DNA of 64,000 bases from Dimorphilus gyrociliatus. Its lineage: Eukaryota > Animalia > Annelida. A program made the position numbers and the translations under genes. The notes below the pieces were generated by a model. The model was not told the DNA's origin. It saw only the letters and a list, made by a program, of their open reading frames with translations, and did no database searches. Position 1 is the stretch's first letter, and each line of letters begins with the position of its first letter. Positions 1-15,355 of the stretch are shown piece by piece. The stretch spans positions 2,652,504 through 2,716,503 of the forward strand of contig CAJFCJ010000003.1 in the NCBI GenBank assembly GCA_904063045.1, written 5' to 3'.

Positions 1-601
1 CTTACTGTACAAAAATTGCATGACAGTTTTTATAAAAATATTTCAATGTAAAAGGAGAATTTTTAAAAGAAAGATAAGAGAAATAAGATTAATTACTTTA
101 TCAAAAAAAAGAGGAATCTCTTAAATCATCCTTTGTTGTCTTTTTTTAGAACATAGATCTTCAACTCGCTTTTTATAATCTTTGAGACAATTTTACTTTC
201 TAATTGACAAAATAATAAAGTCTTTTCATATCATTTTATCTTAAGAACGCTCCTGCTTATCTCTTTGTTTTTCTTTTTTAAAACTTTCAGTTTTTATATT
301 GTTTTACTTGTCCTTAAAAACGATAAAGACTTTAATAGAATGTTTAAATATTAGTTAAAAGCATCATCATTTTAACTCTTTATAAATTAATAATAAAGCA
401 TCACTTTATATGATTATTTTAGCTTTCTAAGTTAAATATCTATTTTCTTAAATCTAATATAAAATAGCTATAAGGAATATATGCTAAATTTAAAAAAGGA
501 TAAAATAAGAAGGAGAAGCGATAAGATGATTTAAGAGAAATATTTAAAACAAAAAAAAAAGAAGAGAAAAGTTAAAATAAGATAAAAAGAATATTTGTTA
601 C

Positions 602-755
602 CTCCATTATGTCTCTGAATTTCTTTATAATGACCATTAAATATTTGCTTATTTTGTTTTCGTGGGCTAGTCAGAAAACTAAGAGGAGTTTTTCTCTTTG
701 AGATAGCAATTGCAAATAGTTGTAAAGTTACTAAAGTTAAACCAGTTATGTTCAT
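602..755 (-). CDS. Probable first coding exon (signal peptide) of a secreted or membrane protein whose remaining exons were not identified
   Basis: ATG at 755 gives MNITGLTLVTLQLFAIAIS-KRKTPLSF...HNG, followed by a phase-1 donor G|GTAACA at 601; hydrophobic N-terminus; a GC-richer leader lies at ~760-860. No downstream exon was identified. Confidence 0.35.
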
Positions 756-1430
756 GCTTATGTCAACGCGACGGAAATGCTCTTACTGTCTAGCTACTTG
801 ATTTTATACACTTATGTGGGCGTATTTACAAGGCCTAACAGAGACAGACATTCATGCTTATTAAAAGGAGAGATATAGAAATATTTTTTTTTTTAACTTT
901 TATTCTGCTTTTACGCGAAAAGTTAAAAAATTAAAACTAAATATTTTTCAATTAATCTAAATTTTATATTAAACATTTGTCTATATGTATAGGATTAGGG
1001 TTAAGGTTAGGTTTATATACAGCATATATAATCTTATAAATGTATGAAAAATTACTTAAAATTTCAAGGAAATTCTATAAAAATATATATAATAGATTTG
1101 TAAATTATTAGTTAAACATTTTAAATGTATGATGTACAAATGGACGGTTTTTCCTCTTTATTTTTTTACTTTTTTCTATATAAATAAGCATTATATCATA
1201 GAAAGCGTGAAGAAAATTTCTATTAATTTGCCTAAACAAATTAGTATTGTCAGTTTAGTTTTGAATCGTGCTAATATACAATACTTTTGGAAGAAATAAT
1301 TAAAACTATACTCCCATATTTTCGTTAACAAAAGAGAAAAAAATTATCATTTTCTCTTATAATAACAATAATAGTAATAATACAAAGAAACTGTCACAAA
1401 ACACTATGTTACAAACGTATACTATATACA

Positions 1431-1432
<2 letters not shown>

Positions 1433-1470
<38 letters not shown>
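1433..1470. repeat. (TA)n microsatellite bounded by TACAGTA words
   Basis: Pure TA run with TACAGTA at 1427-1433 and 1470-1476. Confidence 0.95.
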
Positions 1471-1474
<4 letters not shown>

Positions 1475-1972
1475 TATATACACACTTAGTTGATGATAGT
1501 ACTAAAGAGTACTTCATATTTTTTTATTAAAAGGTAATTTAACAGGTCATCTGTAAAACAATAAGGATTGGAAGTAGTTTCAAATTCCGTAATATCAAAT
1601 AGTATGAAAACTATATAATAAAAAAGTTATTTATTATATTATTACTATATGAAAGATGTATATTTACAATGTCTATTTTTATCAAAATCATTTTTTATAT
1701 ATTAGTATATTCGTATAAAAAGCATTTAATTGTACTTATATAAGTTGCTTTTGTTTCTACCGGAAACCCCCTCTCTCTTTGAATAAAGAAATCGTATATA
1801 TCTATTTTGAAAAAGAAATTAAGAAAATCAAAGTTTAATAAACTTAATGAATGAATAACGTAAAGAAAAGGTTTTCTTCTATTTTCGTCAATTTTTCATT
1901 CACCTTTCACTATAATGTGATATTTTGGGTTATTTTTATAATTAATTAAGGCAGTGGGATATATTTTTATCG

Positions 1973-1975
<3 letters not shown>

Positions 1976-2015
<40 letters not shown>

Positions 2016-2036
2016 TTCTCTTTTCAACATCTTTCG

Positions 2037-2075
<39 letters not shown>
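1976..2075. repeat. (CT)n and (TA)n microsatellites
   Basis: CT run at ~1976-2008 and TA run at ~2039-2075; these generate the spurious ERERER/IYIYIY ORF 1896-2102. Confidence 0.95.
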
Positions 2076-2077
<2 letters not shown>

Positions 2078-2300
2078 ATAGTAAAAGATTATAGTGCATC
2101 ATCAGACCTTACTATAAAGCTAAGAATATATTAGAACAAATACAAAAGTTTATATGCGTTATTTACCGTCTAATTGATCTAAACTTTATATATATATAAA
2201 TATAAATATATACAAATACTAGTTATTGGAACCAAATATAAACCGATTGACGTAAATATAAAAAAAATTTGAATAAAAATTTCATCAATTTTGATTTTAC

Positions 2301-4412
2301 CTGCCTGCTGCCCTAGTGAAAAGCAATTGGCTTTGATTTCTGGTTGTGGAGTTCCGTTATACAAACCACGTTTGCCAATAAATGGAATAATAGCTCTTGA
2401 AGTTAGCTGTTCAATCTTCAAATTTTCTTTCCAATCCTTATTTTGGCTATCGTTCAATTGCTAAGAAAGTCGTAATGAACAAATTTAAGAAGTTCATTTA
2501 AAAAGTTTCTGTTTTTTCTCTTTTTTTATAGCAAATAAAAAATTAGCGTAAAAATTATCTTCAAAGGAAAATAAATAAGTTTGTAGGTCGAATATAATTT
2601 ATAACACTTATTGACCTACTTAAAAAACTACCATTCATAATAACAGCCAACATAAAATATATATATGCTTGAATATTTGAATAAGGTATTTCCTTTTCCT
2701 TACATAAATATTTTATACTATAATTATATTACCATAGTTCAATAGTCTATATTTAGATTCACTCCTAATGATTTTATTGATAGAGTCCTCAATAAAGTTT
2801 AAGGAAATCTACAGAATAATTCACTTTAACATATTAAACTGTATAAGAGACTATTTAGGTGAAATAAACTAAACGTTATTATATTTATATAATTAACTAT
2901 ACTAGTTGTACTATTCATTTTTGAATATCTTTCTTTATATGGCTATTTTTAGATAGTTTTTACAACAGGGTCAATAAACAAGTTTATTACATAAACATTA
3001 TTTTAAGAATGCATATCTCTATCACTTAACTAAATTAATTAATATCATTAATAATTAAAAAGAAAATAATGAAACGTACGTGCAAAATAAGTAACATTTG
3101 TTTGATTGCGTCACTAGCGTCTGGACCAACTTTGTCTAGGCATGCTAAAATAAGAATAGAAATTAGTTAATCAAAATTTATATTCTTGTACAGTAATGTA
3201 ATTAATGTATTATAAATAGAATCACGTAAGGTAACAAAAGATACAGTAGAGTCCTGTATATAAATATATATGTTTCTTTTTTTTCTTTTGGCTTTATATG
3301 CATATACTAATACTAAATATAGTTTTATACTCTAATACAGAAAAGATTATTTAATACAAACTTGCTAAATCTGTTAATTTTAAGACAACGGAATCTCTGA
3401 AGGAGAATAAGCATATTCTTCTTATTAAAGCTTCACTTTTTGCAGCTTTTGGCTATTTTGTTTTTTATTTTAGTGTTCAAATTTGAAAGGAAAGAATGAA
3501 ATATTAAGATTTTTTGGTTTGTTGAAAAACATTCGGAAATATTTAAAAGAATTAATTACGGTTATTGGAAGAAAGATTGATTGTAAATTTGGGATAGTTT
3601 CCTTATGAAACTGATTCCATTGTTCGCCAAGTCTTTCTAATAACGTTGAGGAATCATCCTGTAAAAGCATGTCTTTAATTTTGTTTAAGCTATTCTTCAG
3701 TAAAGTCTCCTGAAGGAAGACCATTATCAGTCTGGAATCAATCCTTTTCGACAGATACCTTAAATAGAGGAACATTATTTATACACATATATATATATAT
3801 ATACTGTATATATACTGCATATACTTTATATACTGTATATCGTTTCTTAAATGTATTTTTTATATAAATAAATATCATATTTTAATAATACATACACAAC
3901 ATTTTCATATGCTGAGAATACATCTTTACCACTTATTGGTTTTCTTTGTAGGACTGATAGTGCAATTCTCTGAACGCTATAGTTTTAAAAATAACTATAT
4001 TATTTATTTATTTATTTAAAGCAGAAAAGTTAATGAGCTTAATACAGATTTTTTATTATTTGCTTCGAGTGATCTATCCTCATTTTATGAGTAGTTATTG
4101 GTATTTTTTATCACTTTTTTGCATTTAATTCTCCTTTTTCTTTTCAATTGAAAATAATAGATTTTTAAAAATTTATTAGTTATTTAATAGAACAGTTGAA
4201 TTAAAGGTTTTAACTAACTTTGTCCATTTTTCTTGTCTGTGTAATAGTGCAAAATCTAGTTCATCGTCGGCCACTTTCAACTGCTCGCTAAAGACAGCTG
4301 GTTCAAGAGACATTACTGATCCATATTTTCTTCTTCTCATTTTTAAATCAGAATCGCTGGATCTTTTTAACCTAGTATTGGTTAAAGATTCATTTAATGG
4401 CGGTGAAGCCAT
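2301..4412 (-). CDS. PRR5: PRR5/PRR5L (Protor)-like mTORC2 component, HbrB domain; 3' end unresolved
   Basis: Phase-compatible GT-AG exons 4219-4412, 3896-3976, 3560-3758, 3362-3452, 3080-3144, 2301-2460 give ...EKWTNVQRIALSVLQRKP...LLERLGEQWNQFHKETIPNLQSIFLP...IRRICLFSFRDSVVLK...AIKQMLLILH...LKIEQLTSRAIIPFIG, collinear with the PRR5 core (W-x-x-F...LP-x-LQAIFYP; QMLLVLQ; VVSPYLG). Confidence 0.8.
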
Positions 4413-5640
4413 TTTTCAATTCGAAAAACTGGTAAAAATATATATGTATATATAAAAAGTAAATAAAAAAAGACGAAAAAAATATCGTATCAAAGTTAAA
4501 TTTATTCTCTAATTTTAGGCGAAAACTGATAAGACATTATCTATTTGAGGCCTTCTCAGATAGGCCTAAATCTCTTAAAAACAAAATATAAATAAATATC
4601 TAGAAATTTATTATTTTCCTGTAATAAACATTTTAAGAATTTTATTGCATGTAAAACAATATACTACGCTTTTTCTTGCTACTTCCGGCAATTCTCTTCA
4701 TTGATATCTTTTTAGTTTTATCGTTATTTAGCGTAAAAAAGATTGTAAATTATGAACAATGCAATGATAATATTATATTTTTTAATTAATTCAATTATTA
4801 TAATTTATGCTCCGTTCAATTAATTAAACATAGAAAAAATTTACACATTATATCATCTACAAAAAGTTTAAAACTCCGCCAATTACTATTTTATACTGTC
4901 GATTATCAAACATGTTACACTCTCTATATATATTAAATTTATATATAGGTATACATATTGTATATAGTCTCTATATTAGAAGAATACAATTTATTTGATG
5001 ATAATAAGAAGAGAAGTCGCATATCTTTTTTAGTAAATTTCGTGTTTTGTTTTTAAAATAAAATAGAAGATTATCATAAAATCGTAATTTTCATGCTATT
5101 ATAATATTTTTTAGAACTAGTAAACAATAGAATAACGTGCTGAATGCTCCTTTCACACTTTCTCTTTTGTAATAATCCGTCATGAAAGATCCTACATGAA
5201 AATAGGGAATAATAGCTATATATAAACATTAATAAAAGAATCATTAGTAATTTGTACAATATAAGCTTCGAGAAGAAATTCATAAATTTTTTCCATAGTG
5301 CTAAGCCTATATTTTCTCCATGTCTTGAATTTCTAGGAAAACTTTGAGAAAAAAGAAAATTAACCTATATTCAAGATCAAATACTGACTGCCTTATTAAA
5401 TCTATGATATTTAATAGAGTAATTTATAGTGAACATTTATATATGCGTATATTTAATAATTCTCTTTAAATTGAATATTGTAATATATATATATATCAAA
5501 ACCAAACATAAGAAAATAATTAATTTTTTCTTATAAGTTTGCATTTTTACTTTTGACATTTTTTTTTAATGAATAGACTGGAAGAATTTCTGTTTATATA
5601 TGTATATATAAACTTAATTAAAAGCAACAACTTTACTAGG

Positions 5641-5654
5641 CTTACCATAGCAAC
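5641..5654 (-). promoter_or_regulatory. RFX X-box
   Basis: GTTGCTATGGTAAG on the minus strand matches the X-box consensus GTTNCYATRGNAAC at 13/14 positions, just upstream of the ATG at 5667. Confidence 0.6.
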
Positions 5655-5666
5655 GATATAAACAAG

Positions 5667-7433
5667 ATGGCGGATGGAAAGAAATATAGAATTAAAAAGC
5701 CTCCAAAAGCTTCGAATAGAGAAAAAACATTTGATAGTGTTACATCGGATATTGACGAAGATAGATTACAGATGAGAAATGAGGTAAAAATGAATTAACA
5801 CAATTTACGGATGATTAAATATTCGTAAATAAAGAAAAGAACTTCTCTATACACTTTTTTCTTACCAATTTAATAATTTTTCAGCGTCACTTGCAAGTCT
5901 ATAAGCAAGCTTACAAATTAAGAGATCATTACTACTCAGAATATATGGAAGTATTAAGGGAAAAAATTGAAAAGCAAAGAGAAGAGATTAAAATTAGGGA
6001 GCAAGAGAATCAAAACAAGATGAGAATAAGAGAGAAGAAGGAGGTATTGTATTATCAGTAATCTTTTCTAATTATTTTTTAAATTGACGAACCCTTTAAC
6101 ATGTGCATCTTTTAGAAAGATAAGTCTATGAAGAGAAGAAAAAAAATGACAAGAGTTGAACTAAACACCGACGACAATTTCCTGAAATCTATAGAAAAGT
6201 CTGAGTATTATAAAAGTCTCTATCTTCTTGATAGATTGAAGAAAAAAAAATTAATACGATGTCAAGAGGATGTTGAAGAATTTTGGAAAACCGCTAAAAC
6301 TGCTGAAGGCTATGAAAGATATAAAAACCTTCTTACGAATAAAGAAAGAGTTAAAGAGGAGCCAAAAGAAGTCTTCCCTCCCGTGAATTACGAAAATAGA
6401 CCAATGTCAGATATAAAAGAGAGTAGAGATACAGTTAGAAGACCCCCTTCAACAAAAAGTTCAAGTTCTCATAAATATATGGAACCTTGGCAAATAGCCC
6501 GAGTGAAAGCTAAAGAATTAGAAGAAGAACATCCTCCAATACCACTTCCTCCTTTAAATTGTTATACAATGGAATTAGGTGATAAACCAAAACCACCGGA
6601 ACAGGTCAGTGCAAAGCAATAAATGTTAATCTTTTACCAAAAGAATGTGCTATTCTTGCATTATCTAATATAACAAACAGGTAATCCGGGAAATGAATAT
6701 GAGTAAAAGGGAAACGGAAAGAAAAGGATTTGTCAAGAGATTAAGGTCTATGTACAAACTTGCCATCTCAAATACAGCGTCAACAAGAAGACTTTTTGAT
6801 AGGCACGATGGCGAATTAGACGATAGAGAGAGTTTAAATGTAAAAGAGCTAGTAAGCACTTTTAAAAATAATGTTATAACAATGAAAAACATTATTATTT
6901 CTATGAATATTTCAGCTGGATTATATGACTGATAGTCAGAAAAGGGTTGCATCTCAAAAAGACCTGGAAGTGAATGACAGACAAATTGACTTGGAATGGA
7001 AGAGGCACTTAGCAAAAAGAATAGAACCTGTTGTAAAAGAAGATAATTTGAAGTCTGCGTCACTTCAAGTAGTATTCGAAGAAGAAAATGAATTTAGTGA
7101 ACCTATAGAAGAGAAAGAAATAGAAATAGGAGACGAATTAATTAAAGTACCTTTATCTTTAGATTCCGTACCGAATTACGGAGGTAAAATTATTGTAAGT
7201 ATTACTTCCATTCTCTATGATTTAAATTATTTGCTCTTATTTGCTCTTCATCAAATAAACAACATATATATGACTTTAATGAAATAATCTAATAGGAGGC
7301 GAAATGTTTGAGTACCCTATGGAAGAATCCTGTGGAACCAAATTCAGAAGAAGATGCTAAAGAAATTGTTAAAATGATTAAAAATAAACCTGACTGGATA
7401 GAAATATCACGTCTAAGTTTCCCAACTGCCTAA
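5667..7433 (+). CDS. Uncharacterised ~450 aa charged/coiled-coil protein, candidate ciliary
   Basis: Six phase-0 exons 5667-5783, 5885-6043, 6116-6604, 6681-6851, 6916-7194, 7296-7433 join the ORF-track pieces (6128, 6693, 6925) into one open frame, MADGKKYRIKK...SRLSFPTA*; start context AAGATGGCGG. No family recognised. Confidence 0.8.
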
Positions 7434-7936
7434 AATAGGAGTGGGCTCATTTACTCTTTATTAATACTTAATAATGTCAATTATCTTATTATAAAAAGAT
7501 AGGTATGTGTTTATGAGCTGTAAAATTTGATAAATTACTCGCCTCGTTAAAATTTATCTTACTATCATAGATATTTAAATATTTTTGGGTTATTTACAAC
7601 TCAAAAAAGTTCCTTTTTTTTGTATTTTAATTATTTAGAAACGTTCATAAGGTTTTGTTTATTATCTCTTTTATTTTTGTTTATTTTGTGTTATTGTTTT
7701 GTTAAATAAATCATTATTACAATAAAAAAAACAACAAAATAAAATGCGCTTATATAAGAAAGTAAAATGAGCATACTGGGACAAAAAAGATGGAGGGAGG
7801 CGTTTTGCTGGGATAAGTCATATTTGAGTATTCTTCTTCTTTCAGAGCCTTTGACAAAGTCGTTTTGACTAACTGCTGAGATTTTTTCATATCTCTGCGG
7901 AATGAAACATTTTCATTTTTATTGTTTCGTTGTGGT

Positions 7937-9430
7937 TTAATTTGGACAATTCCTTAATGCCTCTCTATATGATGGTGGTGGTGATTCTCCACCCATTCTA
8001 TTTTGAGAACTTGTTGTAGGCTGTCTTGTAGACCTTTTTATGGTTGATCTCTAAAATAGAAAGTAAGGATAATATGTTGGTATTGCCATCTATCGGCTTA
8101 ATAATAACTTACATTATATTTAATACAAACAACGACAAGTGCTGAAATTATTAAGATTACTAATACTGCGACTAATACGATAATCCACCATTTAAAGGAT
8201 TCTGGGCTAGATCGTTCCTCTTGAAGTTTCGGAACGGATAGTATTGTTTCGTGTTCAGCCAGCGTTCCTCTTTTACATAAGGGTCTAGCTTTGTCGGGAT
8301 TACTAACGTAATCACAAAATTGCCTCCTCCAAGAAATATCTAATAATTTGTTCAAAGGCCTTTTCAAAACCATGGCAACACATCTATTATTTCTATTAGA
8401 ATCGTCTTCTCCATCGAAGAAATCCGAAGTACTCTTATCTAACCACTCAAGTTTACCAATTTTACTTAAATCATTCAAACCAATCCAGAATTTTATAGAA
8501 CTAATTTCATAATTTCCTTGATAAATTTTTTCCAGGTCTCTTTTAAAGTCTGGATCATTTAATATTTTATTTTTGACAATATCTAACTCTTCCCTTGAAT
8601 CGAATTTAACTAAATTAGCTTTGTTATATCCACAAAATTTTTGAGAGTCTGCAAATTTGAATGTATCTTTAACTTTTGGTAAATAATAACAATTTTGATC
8701 TATATGAATCCAATTAGGAAGGCAAGTTGAATTTTTTGATATTTCTTCAAAGTCAAGAATAACACCAATAAGATTTTCAAAAACTCTTCCAATTTTGGTT
8801 CTAAGTTCAATTATTAATTGATTTGAATAGCTTAGTACATATTTAGGATTTGAATCTTTACAAAACGTTCCCAAACTTCTAACTTCACCTAAAAATATGA
8901 ATTATTTATGTATATAAATATAGTGATATAGGCTCTAAGAAAATTTAATGAAACATACCATTAACCACATCAGATACACTTAAACTATCTAAATTTGCAT
9001 CACATCCCTTCCTCGGCGCAAAACTTAAATCAATAGTTTTAATGTGTAGTCGTATTAAACTATTTTGTGATCCAATAATCTTCCATTTGCAAAACATTCC
9101 AGTGCTGAGAAATTAATGTATGTTATTATAACTTATAATTGATAAAGGACTCTTTTTTTACGTTATATATTTCTTATCCTCCTCTCTTGTGATTATGGTC
9201 CCTGAAGGCTCATTTTGGATAGTTTTCGGTGAGCTATGACAATAGAATGTTTTTTTTTCGGCACTTGCTATTCGTTTTAGAAATCAAAGAAAATCAAAAT
9301 GAGACGCAGATAAAAAGGAAGGGCTTATTATTGGTACATGTGAATAATCATATTTTACTTACTTACCATGTAAAATTGTAAACAAAGAAATATTCATTAA
9401 CAAACAGGAAAATATCTTAATTGAATTCAT
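7937..9430 (-). CDS. Type I membrane receptor: signal peptide + CUB + C-type lectin domain + TM + PPSY tail
   Basis: Exons 9367-9430 (MNSIKIFSCLLMNISLFTILH), 9162-9267, 8959-9104 (FCKWKIIG...GCDANLDSLSV), 8113-8888 (GTFC...; C-x-x-x-W...CYY...KFWIGLND...WLD...CVAM...W...C...PLC; TM WWIIVLVAVLVILIISALVVVCI), 7937-8050 (...ESPPPSYREAL...). Confidence 0.8.
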
Positions 9431-9719
9431 GATTGATCTCTGTATTTAGATCCTCAAAATCACAACAAAATGAGAAAAAAGAGCAGATCTGGTAAATATG
9501 AATCATTCGTCGAATTTTTTTATAGTGACGTCACGGTGGTTCCCTGACTAGAGGGCGTTCAGGAAGATTGATACCCGTTTTTATTTTTTTAAAATAATAA
9601 AAAAGGAAAAGAAAAACATAAATAAAAGGCTTATGAGCAAATCAGAATGCGACAGAATACTTTTGAAATATATCATATAAATAAAATTAATAAAATAAAA
9701 TAAATAAAAAACAATTTGT

Positions 9720-12395
9720 TTACAAATATTCATTAAATTTAGAATAATAATTTTTAAAAATTTCCTGAACTTTTTCTTTGCTTATTCCAAAGTCTTCTAT
9801 TGAGTGTTTGTGAACACCGTGCTTGTGCTGTCGATGTTCCTGACTATATAATGCTTGTGCTTTTACAACGCCATCCGTGAGAGGAACTTGTAAATTTTCA
9901 TAAATGTGCTTAACCACATTCTTTTGGTCAGTTACAAAACGATTAAAAGGTATATCGACAAATTTTACATTTGGAAAGTCATCTCTCATCCTAACAAGTG
10001 TATCAATGGCATTTTTTAATTGTTCAACAACAATCCGTCCAGAAGCGAGTTTATTACGTTTCCTGTAGACTGGTGAATAAAGATAATAGAGACTGGCAGA
10101 AGACGAAACAACTTTTTCAGGTTGGCGATGAATTGTAATAAACGATGCGTCAGGAAACACTTCTAATAAAGCATCCATATGCACTAAAGGAACATGATGC
10201 ATTAGGAGAGGACGATTTCCTTTTTGTAATCCATTATTTGCACCAATATATTGTAATTGGAATTTCATCTTTTCATAAGTTTCCTTCCAGAAGCTCTTAG
10301 GCCTATTATTGAAAATAATAAAAGTTTTAATAGGAAAATTTTTGTTTCCTTTGTGGCTAACTTATGTTGCTATAAATAAATTGCTTATCAATATATATCT
10401 GTGTAGACCATTTTTCAAGTATATGTAAAGTAACCAATATATTATATACATTCAAATAGCTTTCTAAAAATAGCATCCAAGCTATCTATTGAAAATATAT
10501 ATATATACTGTATACCTATAAAAAATTCTCTTTATTCGGTCAAATCAATATTTAAAAAGTCTTTTGTATGTAATACACAGAGTATATACTGTATATATAT
10601 ATATTTATATATGTAACTATTGAAACTATAAAAAAATTTCTCAACCTAATCACTATTACGTTGTTAATGATTTACAAATGGATATACTGAGATTATAGAA
10701 ATATCAAATTCAATATGATAAAACAACTTTTAAGAGTAGAGATATCTCTGTGCTTTTTCTTATTATTTATGAACAAGAAGAAGGAATATACCTATTTAAT
10801 AACCATAATCTGTAATCTGTCATTGCTTCGAACATATTCATTCTCTCCCAGGAGATAAGCTGATTTTCTAAAAGCATATTAACATCTTCCGGTTCTTCTG
10901 GATGGTTCGGATGAGCTTTCCATGCTAATGGGTCAGTAAAAGCCACACGAATAAGAATTTCTAACGTTTTCCTCCTTAAATTACAAGACATCAAATTTTT
11001 CCTCTCTTCCTCTGAAACACCCTCTGGGCAGTTAGGTTGCGGGAAGGGAAAGCAAAATTGCCATAGAGGAGGAGCCCACCAACGTTTATCTTCAGCCATT
11101 AAACAATGTAAAAATGTACTACCAGTTCTAGGTAAGGTAACAATGAAGACTGGCTTCTCGAATCGAACATTTGATATAGATGGTCGAATTTCTCTTATAC
11201 TTTCAAATTCCGCATATCTCTCCATATTCTTTCGAATACCATCAACAAGTAATAGTCTTCCAGCGAAAGAAATTTTGTCAACTGAACAAGCTTTCTGTAG
11301 TCCAAATACATACTGAAGTAAAGTATCCTTTATTTGAGACTCCACTAAAGATTTCGTAACTTTTTGAGAGCATTTACTCAAGATATTTTTGGTGGTAATT
11401 TCGTAAATTGTTCTTCCAATAATAAACTCAATAATTTTTATAACGTTATTCATTAAAACAAGGATGAATTTGACAAATGTCGTTATAAGTAAGTATCTTA
11501 TCACATCCAGCATCATCAACCGTTGCTGTTAAAAGATTATAGTATTTTTATATATACTATATACATGTAAATATAAAGATTCTATACACCAGTAAGTTTA
11601 ACGCCTAAAAAGAAGACCAGTAATAATATCTCGAATAAAAAGAGATAAAATAACATGAGAATAAAGAGATAACACGCTCTAAAAGGAATAAAATCATATG
11701 ATAACTTATAATAAAAACGAATAGAAATCAGAAAGAAAATTGCATCTGTTAAAGGTGTAATGTGTTTTTATTGAGGATAGATTACATTTTCAAATTAGAT
11801 CTGTTTTCGAATTCTTAAAATTATAATTCGTAGGAAATCGTATTTTAATAGGAAAGAAAACAAAAAAATTATAGTTTGATACATTGCTCTCGCTCATTCA
11901 CCTCTCTCTATCTCTCTCTTTGTTTGCATGCAAATATGTATTCATATATATATATACAGTATATATATATATATTTGCATATTAAAAATCAAATACAGAT
12001 GAATACTTTAAATAACAAAGGTAAATTCTATGAAATTCCTCACATAACGTATGAGTTAGAGTTAATTTTAAACCTTTCTAAAAGATATTTAACTTTTTAA
12101 ACGCTGCATAATGATATATTACTAATAATAATGCATTTTTTAATAAATTTATTAAAGAAATAGAATGTTATTCTCTAATTCGACTGTTATTTATTCATAC
12201 TTTGAAAAAAATTAAATTTTTACTGGCGTTCTAATTTACAGATCCAATTTATTAATGAAAATTTTACTCATATATAGTTGATAGATTTACTTTATATATT
12301 AACTTAAGTAATGAACAATTAATTTAAATTTAATAGTAAACGTGCAATTTTATTATTTTTTTAAGATAACTTACTTGCATTTTCTCTCTTCCCAT
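9720..12395 (-). CDS. P-loop sulfotransferase (Sulfotransfer_3-like family) with N-terminal hydrophobic anchor
   Basis: Exons 10792-11525 and 9720-10302 join in phase 2; 5'-PSB loop LPRTGSTFLH, 3'-PB motif VFPDASFITIHRQPEKVVSS, C-terminal HKHGVHKHSIEDFG. A tiny first exon 12375-12395 (MGREKMQ|GTAAGT) is phase-compatible but less certain. Confidence 0.8.
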
Positions 12396-12958
12396 GTTTC
12401 TAGAGGTCATTAACCTATCGGTATTTCCAGTTGTGCTAAAAATAGACGGGTTCAATAGCCTGTTAAAATTATTTGATTATCTGTTAAAGTCAGAATAATT
12501 CAACAAAAGATAACGCATTTATATATTCAAGTATAAAAAAATTAGAACATTTCTTCGAATTACAATCGCGGTACTCATACACCTTGTTTTTGAGTAAGAA
12601 TATACTGTCCTCGATAATTTTCATCATTCAATTAAAATAAACTTACCGAATTGTATAATTTAGAAGTTAAAAACATAAAATAGTAAAAATAATAAAATAA
12701 TGTGGATAGTTCTACTTTGCAATTGCTATGAACGCATTTCGATTTATTGTAGAGTTCCCATCTAAGCTTAAAACCATTATAACGCGCGTTCTCTTTTATG
12801 GGTCAATATTCGTAGTTGCGCAATAAATGTAATGTAATAAAATATTGAATTAATATATTATAATCTTTAAATAATTTTATAAATATTTATATAAAAAGTT
12901 CACTATGTTTTAAAAACATTTTTTATTTATTGAGTGCGGGACTTTGGGGTCAGGAAAG

Positions 12959-15260
<2,302 letters not shown>

Positions 15261-15355
15261 ATAGGCTATAGAATAAAAATCTAATTCCCTTGAATTTTTT
15301 GTCCGCTAAGCTGATAGAATACAAATAAATATACAAAATGTATTTGTATTGTTTT

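Noticed and set aside
988-1012. TTAGGG/TTAAGG/TTAGG telomere-like words
   Set aside because: Only about three degenerate units; too short to call an interstitial telomere or an element end.
1896-2102. ORF with IYIYIY and ERERER runs, and similar ORFs at 31437, 48271, 51597-52031 and 61413
   Set aside because: These are products of (TA)n and (GA)n microsatellites or low-complexity DNA, with no protein-like content.
6665-7063. 132-aa minus-strand ORF
   Set aside because: It is the antisense shadow of the plus-strand coiled-coil gene exons.
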